Shown here one piece after another: positions 45,218-53,449 of a DNA stretch of 58,220 nt (positions are counted from its first letter, which is position 1; every line of letters starts with the position of its first letter). The translations under genes and the position numbers were made by a program. This DNA comes from a virus (taxonomy: Duplodnaviria > Caudoviricetes), in IMG/VR virus record IMGVR_UViG_3300042465_002836, positions 1 to 58,220 of that record; one strand, written 5' to 3'. The notes under the pieces are model-generated. The model was not told the origin of the DNA. It ran no database searches and saw only the letters and a program-made list of their open reading frames with translations.

Positions 45218-47548
45218 ATGGCACTTACACCAGGCCTTAGCGCCAATATTCGCCAGCCTATGCAGGCGCTGGATGATGTCGAGCCTCCTGCCGATGTCAT
45301 TATTGATGATACTGATGACGCAGAGGATGCTGCTGGCGGTGATCGCCCGGAGTACAATAGCCGCGGCGAAGTCCTCCGCATTGAACATGAAGACGGATCG
45401 GTCACCATCAGCCTGGATGGCCGGTCGCTGGTGGATGGCCCAGAGCGCCCCAACCTGGACTGGTTCGACAATCTGGTCGATGAGATTGACGATCTTGAAC
45501 TGAACCGAATTTCCGATGATCTTTTGCGCGGCATCCGCGACGATCTGGACAGCCGCAAGGACTGGGTCGAGGATCGAGCCAATGGCATCAAGCTGCTGGG
45601 CCTCAAGCTGGAGGTTCCGTCCCTGGGCGGCGCCGTGGATGGCGCGCCGGTCGAGGGCATGAGCCGGGTCCGCCACCCGCTCCTGCTGGAGGCCGTCCTG
45701 CGCTTCCAGGCTAACGCCCGGTCTGAGCTTCTGCCGGCAGATGGCCCGGTGAAGGTCCGGGTCAACGGCTCTTCTAGCGGCCCCAGCGACAACGTCTTGG
45801 CCGAGGCGCTTGAGGCTGACCTCAACCACTACCTGACCAGCGTGGCAAGCGAGTATTACCCTGACACTGACCGGATGCTCCTCATGCTCGGCTTCGGCGG
45901 CACGGGCTTTAAGAAGGTCTATTTCTGCCCCCTGCGCGAGCGTCCGGTGTCTGAGACGGTTGATGCTGATGACCTGATCGTCAACAACGCCGCCACTGAC
46001 CTGACTAACGCCAAGCGCATCACCCACCGCTCATATATGCGGCCCTCGACCGTCAAGCGGCTCCAGATCCTCGGGGTTTACCGTGACGTTGAGCTTGAGG
46101 CCCCGAAGTCATCTGACCTGGATAGCGTCCAGCGCGAGCAGCGTGCGGTTGAGGGCCTTGACACTGAGAGCTTCCGCCCCGAGGACCGGGACCGGGAAAT
46201 CTATGAATGCTACTGCGAACTAAACCTCCAGGGCTTTGAGCACAAGTGGAAGGGCAAGGTAACGGGGCTTGAGGTTCCGTACCGCGTGACCATTGATGCC
46301 TCTTCCAAGAAGATCCTGAGCATCGCCCGCAACTACGACGAGGAGACGGCCAAGCTGCCTGAGCCCCGGCCCAATTTCGTTAAGTTCACCTTTGTCCCTG
46401 GCTTTGGCTTCTACGACTTGGGCCTGCTGCACATCCTCGGCAACACGACCAACGCCATCACGGCGGCCTGGCGCGAGCTTCTGGATGCCGGCATGTATAG
46501 CAACTTCCCGGGCTTCCTGATGGCTGACACCGGGGCCAGGCAGAACACCAACATCTTTCGGGTGCCTCCGGGCGGCGGCGCGCTGGTCAAGACGGGCGGG
46601 ATGCCAATCTCCCAGGCCATTATGCCCCTGCCGTACAAGGAGCCGTCTGCGGCCCTGATGTCCTTGGTGGACAACATTGCCCAGACCGGCATGAGGGTCG
46701 GCGGCACCAGCGAGGCCCAGGTCGGCGAGGGTCGGGCAGACGCCCCGGTCGGCACCACGCTGGCGATGATCGACCAGGCAACCAAGGTCATGAACGCCGT
46801 CCACAAGCGCCTGCATTCCGCCCAGGCCGAAGAGTTCCGGCTGCTGTGCCGCACCTTCCAAGAGCACCCTGAGAGCTTCTGGCAGCGCAACCGCCGCCCG
46901 TCCTACAAGTGGGACGAGCAGAAGTTCCTGACAGCCCTGGATGACTACGACCTGACGCCCCAGGCTGATCCGAACACCGCCTCGCACACTCAGCGGATCA
47001 TGAAGGTCATGGCCCTGAAGCAGCTTCAGGCGGCCAACCCCAACCTCTATGACGCCGTGGCAATCGACACTGCGGCCCTCCAGGCCATTGGGTGGAACAA
47101 CCCTGAGCAGTTCATGACGCCGCAGAACCTGAACCAGCCGTCGCCCGAAGTGATGAAGGGGATTGCTGACGCCCAAGCCAAGCAGCAGGAGGTCATGTCC
47201 AAGATCGCCGAGACCAACGCCAAGACTGAGGATATGAGGGCTCGCACGGCGCTCGACACGGCCAGGTTCCAAGCGGAGAAACAAGAGGCAGGGCACGGTG
47301 ACCAGCACAAGACCCAGCTTGAGATCGCCCGCCTCCAGATGGACGGCAAGAAGCTCCAGATCGAGGAAGACGCCCAGCTATCCAGCGAGCGTCTGGAACT
47401 GGTGGACCTGGCCCAGAGCCTCGCGGTCCATCCTGAGAGCGCCCAGCTTGTCGCGCCCCTGATGCGGCCCCTGATGGAGGCTGTGCAGGGCAAAAGCACC
47501 AACGTAGCCCAGCAGAGAGGCGGTCTGGTCCCGCCCGGAGGCCAGTAA
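45218..47548 (+). CDS. Portal protein (P22-like)
   Basis: 776 aa; D..SR.DW, HPLL.EA...FQA.A..ELLPADGPVK, G..FKKVY, PG.GFY.LG; C-term coiled coil. Confidence 0.85.
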   Translation: MALTPGLSANIRQPMQALDDVEPPADVIIDDTDDAEDAAGGDRPEYNSRGEVLRIEHEDGSVTISLDGRSLVDGPERPNLDWFDNLVDEIDDLELNRISDDLLRGIRDDLDSRKDWVEDRANGIKLLGLKLEVPSLGGAVDGAPVEGMSRVRHPLLLEAVLRFQANARSELLPADGPVKVRVNGSSSGPSDNVLAEALEADLNHYLTSVASEYYPDTDRMLLMLGFGGTGFKKVYFCPLRERPVSETVDADDLIVNNAATDLTNAKRITHRSYMRPSTVKRLQILGVYRDVELEAPKSSDLDSVQREQRAVEGLDTESFRPEDRDREIYECYCELNLQGFEHKWKGKVTGLEVPYRVTIDASSKKILSIARNYDEETAKLPEPRPNFVKFTFVPGFGFYDLGLLHILGNTTNAITAAWRELLDAGMYSNFPGFLMADTGARQNTNIFRVPPGGGALVKTGGMPISQAIMPLPYKEPSAALMSLVDNIAQTGMRVGGTSEAQVGEGRADAPVGTTLAMIDQATKVMNAVHKRLHSAQAEEFRLLCRTFQEHPESFWQRNRRPSYKWDEQKFLTALDDYDLTPQADPNTASHTQRIMKVMALKQLQAANPNLYDAVAIDTAALQAIGWNNPEQFMTPQNLNQPSPEVMKGIADAQAKQQEVMSKIAETNAKTEDMRARTALDTARFQAEKQEAGHGDQHKTQLEIARLQMDGKKLQIEEDAQLSSERLELVDLAQSLAVHPESAQLVAPLMRPLMEAVQGKSTNVAQQRGGLVPPGGQ

Positions 47549-50500
47549 TGGACAAGGAAGCCCGCCGCGCATTGCTGGTTGCCAAGAACCTACTGCCAGA
47601 GCGTCCGGTAGAGGCCCACCCAGCGTTTTCTTCCTATTTTGCCCGCAGAGGCGCGTCTTCTCCTGATGAGTACGGCGGCCCCAGCGACAGCCGCCTAAAG
47701 GTCTGGGCCAACCGTCCTGATCCCATCACCCGGGCGGATCACATCCTCGACGGGAACACCGTCACCACCCCCGAGGACGAGGTGCTGCGGTTCCCAACAC
47801 GGGAACACGCCGTTGACTACATCGACAGCATGGTCGGGCATTGGCCTAGGTACTCCAAGGGCGGCAGTGCGGGCCTGTCTAAATGGCTGGGGGCCAGTAA
47901 AGTTGTTGATGAGGCCGGCAAGCCGTTGGTGGCTTATAAGGCCATGCGCGGCACCGTCCCTCGCATGAATTCAGAAACAGGCCTGACGCACGTTGCTCTT
48001 GATCCAGACGTGGCAAAGGAATTTTCCAACGGGGGCAAAAGGCCTGTCCATCAAGTTCATGTGATGGCAGAGAACCCTTTTGACTTCCGCAATTCAGAAC
48101 ACATCAAATGGCTTGTAGGCGAGGTCAAGAAGAACCCAGATATCCTCAAGCAGTTTAATGCTTACAACATGACGGGGCCGGATGATTTTGAGGCTGATGA
48201 AAGGTTCCTCACAGGCGCGCTAAAGGATGGCGCCTATCAAGCATATGAAACGCCGGTCATTACAAATTTGATACGGAACAAAGGTCATGACGGGATATAC
48301 ATGACTGAAGAGGGCGAGCGGCATAGACAGCCGAACCTAGGCCTCTTTCGCCCTCATCAAATCAAATCCGCTACTGACAATAACGGCAATTACGACCCGA
48401 CAGACCCCGACATCACCAAGGCCCGTGGCGGCAGCATCCACCCAGCCACCCAGATCCCCGGCGTTCACATCAGCGAGCGCATCCACGGCAAGCCTATCTT
48501 CACCGAGGAGCGGATCGGCAAGGAGGGCGGCGGCCTTCTGACGGGCAAAGACCAGACGCAGGATGATGAGGGCATCATCGCATACCAAGGCGGCCCCCAT
48601 AGCGTAGGCCCCGAGGGATACAGCAACGACAAGATTGGGACGGGGGAGGGCGCACAAGTCTACGGCCATGGGCACTACTTTGCCGAGGCCGAGCCGGTTG
48701 CGCGGGAATACAGAAACAAGTTGTCGGCGGGGATCATTAAGTCCAAGACCGGAGCGTCTTGGGACAAAACGCAATCGTATTTAATGCCTAAAGAAATGGC
48801 TAGTGTTCTTCCCGAGCATTTAAGGGAAAACACCGGAGTTCTGTATCCCGTTGATTTTGGCCTTAATCAAATTCGTGATGGCATGTCAGTTGACGATGCC
48901 ATTTCTTCAATGCGGCATAACTATTCTCACTTCAATCCAGAACACGTTGACGCAGCCGAGAGCGTGCTTCGTCATCACGCCCCAGAAGTTGAGTCTCGCG
49001 GGCACATGCACCAAGTCCTGATTAAAGGGAAGCCCGAGCATTTCCTTGATTGGGATGCCTTGCTGGACGAGCAGTCGCCGCACGTTATGAAGGCTCTGGA
49101 GGCCCAAGAATGGTGGCCCGGTATGCGAGATGCTGCCGAAGATCGAGCGTTCAACCGGGGTCAAAACCCGATTGGCGGCGACCTCATGAGGGAATTGCAC
49201 GTTGATTGGGAGAAGCCCGAGGCCGCTGAGATGTTGGCCCGTGCAGGCATTCGGGGCATCCGTTTCCTAGACCAAGTCAGCCGCAAGAAAGGCGAGGGCA
49301 CCCGCAACTACGTTGTCTTCGACCCCAAGCACATCGACATCCAGCGCCGGTACGCCCGTGGCGGCATGGCATACGGTGATGGCGGCTCAACGCCCGATGC
49401 TGGCGTCCAGAAGGCCCTCGACCTCACCCGCGACCTGAACCCGCAGGGGCTATACTCCCACGCCGCAGAGGCCGCCCTAGCGTCCCCCCAGGCCAAGGGT
49501 CCGCTGCCGCAGATGCTGGCAAGCCTCAAGGGCGTGAAGCCGGATGAGCTGAAATACTCTGGCGTCCAGCAGGCGTTTGCTGGCCAGCCCAAGGTGACCC
49601 GCGATGAATTGGCCCAGCACTTTCAAAAGGGGCTGCCAGACATCCAAGAGACAAGTTTTGATGATCAGGGTGGAATAGCGCGCGAAACAAAGTACGGGCA
49701 ATACACAATCCCGGGCGGCAAAAATTACCGCGAAGTATTACTGCATCTTCCTAGTGAACAAAGCAAAATAAAGAAGCGGTATTCTGTCCGCACTTTTCTT
49801 CCAACCCAACACGATAATTTAGAAGAAGCACGACAAGCTCACGACAATATAATGGGGATTAGGGGGGAGCGCCCTGATCTTCAGGAAAGAATGGACGAAT
49901 TTCCAAACGACATTGTTGATAACAATCCTAGGCATCTGTATGGGCAGGAGAACTTCCGCCATTCTCATTGGCCGGTGCCTAATGTGTTTGCCCATATTCG
50001 TTTCAAAGATCGCACTGGCCCGAACGGGGAGAAGATCCTTCACGTTGAGGAAGTCCAGAGTGACTGGGGGCAGCACGCCCGCAAGGCCGGCACATACGAT
50101 CCAGCGAAGCCATTTGAGGTGTTTGAAACGACATCAGGCAAAGTCTTGTCAAGCCATGCGTCTGAAGAAGAGGCCCAAGCTGAATCGGCAAAGCACCGTT
50201 CTGCTGGCCAAGAAGGTGTTGATTATGGACACGTCATGGATAAGTCGCGGGACCAAAGGCCCGCCCCTGACGCCCCTTACATTGGCAACACCCAGAACTG
50301 GACCGACCTTGCTCTGAAGCGCGTGCTTTATGAAGCGGCGGCGGGCGGCTATGACAAAATCATCTGGACGCCCGGCGCGGAGCAGGCCAAACGATACTCG
50401 CTTAGTAATCACGTTGATGAACTTCGCTACACCAAAAATGGCGATGGAACGTACAATGTAATTCCGTTTAAAGAGCAACGGGCGTTAAACAATATTAAAC

Positions 50501-53427
50501 GCGACAATATTCCAGAAAAAGAATTGGATGCTTTGTTTGGGCAAGACGTAGCCTCAAAGATGCGAGGTCACGAAGGTGATGCTAATGGAGAATTCCGTTC
50601 TTTGTCAGGGCAAGATCTGGAGGTGGGCGGCGAAGGAATGAAGGGTTATTACGACAAGGTTGTGCCCAAGAGCCTTTTGACGCTTGCCAAGCAACACGAT
50701 CCAGAAGCCAAATTGGGAGAGGAGCAGGTGAATGCAGGGCGCGAGAAAGATTTGTATGACCGATACGCCGCCCAGCACCTTATGCCGCCTGGCCCTGGCA
50801 TTTATGAAGCAAACGGATTAATTCGCCCGGTCGGTCAAGAATGGGCCGTTTATACGCCATACGGCGAAACCATGGGACAATTCCCTGACCGTGATTACGC
50901 TGAACAGCTTATTCGCAGCCACATACGATTTATGTTGGGCAATCCAGATCGGCCAACAAAGACTGATCGCATTGTGGCGATGCCTGCGCTGGACGTCACC
51001 CCCCGTATGCGTGAAAGCATCCCAAAGCGTGGCTTCAAGGCCTATGCCCGCGGCGGCGAGGTTGAGGGCTTCAAGTACGGCGGTTCGCCTGAAGATGACC
51101 TTGTCAGGCAGCGCCTAGAGGCCATGCCGTCCATCACCAGCCCTGACCCAGAGGTGGTGAAGCGGGCTCTTGCGATTGCGGCCCAGAGCCACGCTGTCAT
51201 CCCCAATTTCAACTCTGACAAGATGGGCAACACCTACTACAACTTCAAAACCCCGACTGACATTGATGCCGTCCAGGCCACAGTGGGCGCTATCCCCGGC
51301 GTGACCCCCCTTACGACCAAGGACATGTCTTGGGAAGACCTCTACAAAGAGGGCAAGGGTGGCACCATGATCAATTTGGGCGGCGACCGCTCCCGCCTAG
51401 GCCGCTTGACCCATATCCAGGGCAAGGCTCTGGCGTGGCCGGTGGATCTGCACGCAGGCCCAGATTACATGCGCGAGCCTAACGCTGGCGCGGTCTGGGC
51501 AAATGCGTCTGCCCATGCCGGCAGCATCAAGAGGTTGATAGGGGAGCTTCAAGAGAAGGGGCCGGTTTACGGCGCCTACACTCCCATGGGGCCAAAGACG
51601 CTGGACTCATCCGCCCAGATGTCAGACGCCCTGATGTCCCAGATCGCCACGCAGAAGCTTGACCCCAAGATGGCGGAAAAGTTTGACGATGAGATCCGAA
51701 GGGGAATGTTCGCGGAGACTGACAAACGCGCCAAAGCCTCCAAGCACATGGAAGGTTGGCCTGGGATTGAAGATGCGCTGGCCGCCCGAGATTTCCTGCT
51801 GAAAAAGCCGGGGTCAATCCGCAGTTTGATCGTCAAGCATATGGACAAGAAGATGTGGCACGACGGCGGCTTCCCGCATGTCGGCATCACTCGAGTAGCT
51901 TTGACTGATCCTGCCCTGTTGAAAGCGGGTGGCAATATGGTGGGACATCGGGTTGCCCGCCTTAGCCCGGATGACATCACCCCAGGTTCGTTCCAGCACA
52001 ACACATATCCTGTCGCCACGGCGGGCGAATATGTGGGCGACGTTCCGCTGGTCCAGCGGCACTACGCCTTCCCAGAGACCATCCGGCAATTTGCCTTGGA
52101 ACCTAAAGTTCCGGGCGTTTTGCATCCTTATTCAGAAAATCCAAACGCCAGAAACGGCTTCCGCAAGAACACTGAGGACCAGCGAATTACTCAGACGCTT
52201 GATGAACCATGGCTTGAGAGCCTGAGCAAGGGCCTTGAGAACCAGAAGAAATATGGCTTCTCCCGGGGTGGCGATACAAAGCGTCACGGCAAGGCTGGCG
52301 GTGGCTCAGAGGGCGAAATGGCCGGTGACAAGTTTGCCAGCTACAAAGACCCGACCGGCACACCAATTGATGATTGGAAATGGCGCGACCTTCCAGCCGT
52401 CAGGGCTGAACTTGGCAACATCACTGAGATCCCCTCGCACGTTGCGGACTTCGGGCGGTTCATGGATGAGACGGCAAAACGCGCCGCCACCCAAGGCCTG
52501 AAGCCGCGGGATCTGGTCAAATCCTACGCCATCACCTTGGCCTCAATTCAGCGGCGAGCGCAGGACGTGGACAGGATTAGGGCGGCAGGAATGCCGCTTG
52601 AAGGCCTGACGGGCAAGATCCGCCCAGAAGGCGCCATGGGCGAGTGGCTGCAAACTCCTGCTGGCCAGGCGTACTTAGATCGCGCCGTTCGTGGCGAAGT
52701 CCATGAGCCCGCCTTAGATGACATGGTGCAGAAGCTTAAGCCGTTCGGCATGGCCCCTAAGCTCGCAGACTCGCTGCGGTGGGCTGCGGCCAATCTCCCT
52801 GGCAAAGAGGGCTTGGTTTCTCATCTGGTTGCCGCAGGCATGGAACAGGCAAGCTCGCCTGATGAATGGCGCGACTTTGCCAAGGGCCTTCACGGCATTG
52901 ACGTGAGCAAAGCGGGCTTTATCGCGTCCATGCTGGGTCGCGGCGATCAGCCGACCTTTGACGCCCGGCAGCGCATCCTGCAGACCGGGATGACCAGCAC
53001 AGACGCAGGCAAGATGATTGCCGGGCCTAAGATGAACCCAAAGGCTCGGGCTGGCGTAGATCGGCTGGCTGCCCGTCAATCGGCAATGGATCTTGCCCTG
53101 CCAAAAGAACTGGCCCCGTATTACCAGCACTTGGCGCATCACACGATCTGGGACAAAGCCAGCGGCGAAGAAACCACGCATCAGGATCTTATGGATGCTA
53201 TGCGGCACGCTGCTTCTGGCGGTGCGATAGAGAAAAGTCCCATACATGATCACCCTCTTGTTCATGTTATGCGCGGCCTAGGCTTCCCTGGTCTTGAAGA
53301 AACAGGTAAAGCCTCAAACAATAATCGCAGTGTTGTTGATGAAGCTTTGCGTTTAACATCACAAAACGGATCGCCGCTGCCCGATGCCGTAAATCTCGCC
53401 AGGCAGCACAAGCCGGGACGCCGGTAG
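47548..53427 (+). CDS. Large polyvalent (multi-module) internal virion protein
   Basis: 1959 aa; two ART-PolyVal-like modules, an EEVQSDW module and an HhH-like module, separated by GG motifs. Confidence 0.75.
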   Translation: MDKEARRALLVAKNLLPERPVEAHPAFSSYFARRGASSPDEYGGPSDSRLKVWANRPDPITRADHILDGNTVTTPEDEVLRFPTREHAVDYIDSMVGHWPRYSKGGSAGLSKWLGASKVVDEAGKPLVAYKAMRGTVPRMNSETGLTHVALDPDVAKEFSNGGKRPVHQVHVMAENPFDFRNSEHIKWLVGEVKKNPDILKQFNAYNMTGPDDFEADERFLTGALKDGAYQAYETPVITNLIRNKGHDGIYMTEEGERHRQPNLGLFRPHQIKSATDNNGNYDPTDPDITKARGGSIHPATQIPGVHISERIHGKPIFTEERIGKEGGGLLTGKDQTQDDEGIIAYQGGPHSVGPEGYSNDKIGTGEGAQVYGHGHYFAEAEPVAREYRNKLSAGIIKSKTGASWDKTQSYLMPKEMASVLPEHLRENTGVLYPVDFGLNQIRDGMSVDDAISSMRHNYSHFNPEHVDAAESVLRHHAPEVESRGHMHQVLIKGKPEHFLDWDALLDEQSPHVMKALEAQEWWPGMRDAAEDRAFNRGQNPIGGDLMRELHVDWEKPEAAEMLARAGIRGIRFLDQVSRKKGEGTRNYVVFDPKHIDIQRRYARGGMAYGDGGSTPDAGVQKALDLTRDLNPQGLYSHAAEAALASPQAKGPLPQMLASLKGVKPDELKYSGVQQAFAGQPKVTRDELAQHFQKGLPDIQETSFDDQGGIARETKYGQYTIPGGKNYREVLLHLPSEQSKIKKRYSVRTFLPTQHDNLEEARQAHDNIMGIRGERPDLQERMDEFPNDIVDNNPRHLYGQENFRHSHWPVPNVFAHIRFKDRTGPNGEKILHVEEVQSDWGQHARKAGTYDPAKPFEVFETTSGKVLSSHASEEEAQAESAKHRSAGQEGVDYGHVMDKSRDQRPAPDAPYIGNTQNWTDLALKRVLYEAAAGGYDKIIWTPGAEQAKRYSLSNHVDELRYTKNGDGTYNVIPFKEQRALNNIKRDNIPEKELDALFGQDVASKMRGHEGDANGEFRSLSGQDLEVGGEGMKGYYDKVVPKSLLTLAKQHDPEAKLGEEQVNAGREKDLYDRYAAQHLMPPGPGIYEANGLIRPVGQEWAVYTPYGETMGQFPDRDYAEQLIRSHIRFMLGNPDRPTKTDRIVAMPALDVTPRMRESIPKRGFKAYARGGEVEGFKYGGSPEDDLVRQRLEAMPSITSPDPEVVKRALAIAAQSHAVIPNFNSDKMGNTYYNFKTPTDIDAVQATVGAIPGVTPLTTKDMSWEDLYKEGKGGTMINLGGDRSRLGRLTHIQGKALAWPVDLHAGPDYMREPNAGAVWANASAHAGSIKRLIGELQEKGPVYGAYTPMGPKTLDSSAQMSDALMSQIATQKLDPKMAEKFDDEIRRGMFAETDKRAKASKHMEGWPGIEDALAARDFLLKKPGSIRSLIVKHMDKKMWHDGGFPHVGITRVALTDPALLKAGGNMVGHRVARLSPDDITPGSFQHNTYPVATAGEYVGDVPLVQRHYAFPETIRQFALEPKVPGVLHPYSENPNARNGFRKNTEDQRITQTLDEPWLESLSKGLENQKKYGFSRGGDTKRHGKAGGGSEGEMAGDKFASYKDPTGTPIDDWKWRDLPAVRAELGNITEIPSHVADFGRFMDETAKRAATQGLKPRDLVKSYAITLASIQRRAQDVDRIRAAGMPLEGLTGKIRPEGAMGEWLQTPAGQAYLDRAVRGEVHEPALDDMVQKLKPFGMAPKLADSLRWAAANLPGKEGLVSHLVAAGMEQASSPDEWRDFAKGLHGIDVSKAGFIASMLGRGDQPTFDARQRILQTGMTSTDAGKMIAGPKMNPKARAGVDRLAARQSAMDLALPKELAPYYQHLAHHTIWDKASGEETTHQDLMDAMRHAASGGAIEKSPIHDHPLVHVMRGLGFPGLEETGKASNNNRSVVDEALRLTSQNGSPLPDAVNLARQHKPGRR

Positions 53428-53449
53428 AACCCTGATCAGGAGTAAGCGC

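Noticed and set aside
46220-47308. Long antisense ORFs (also 37845-38699, 41721-42506, 44944-45825 and others)
   Set aside because: These are shadow frames of GC-rich genes with strong codon bias and show no RBS or motifs
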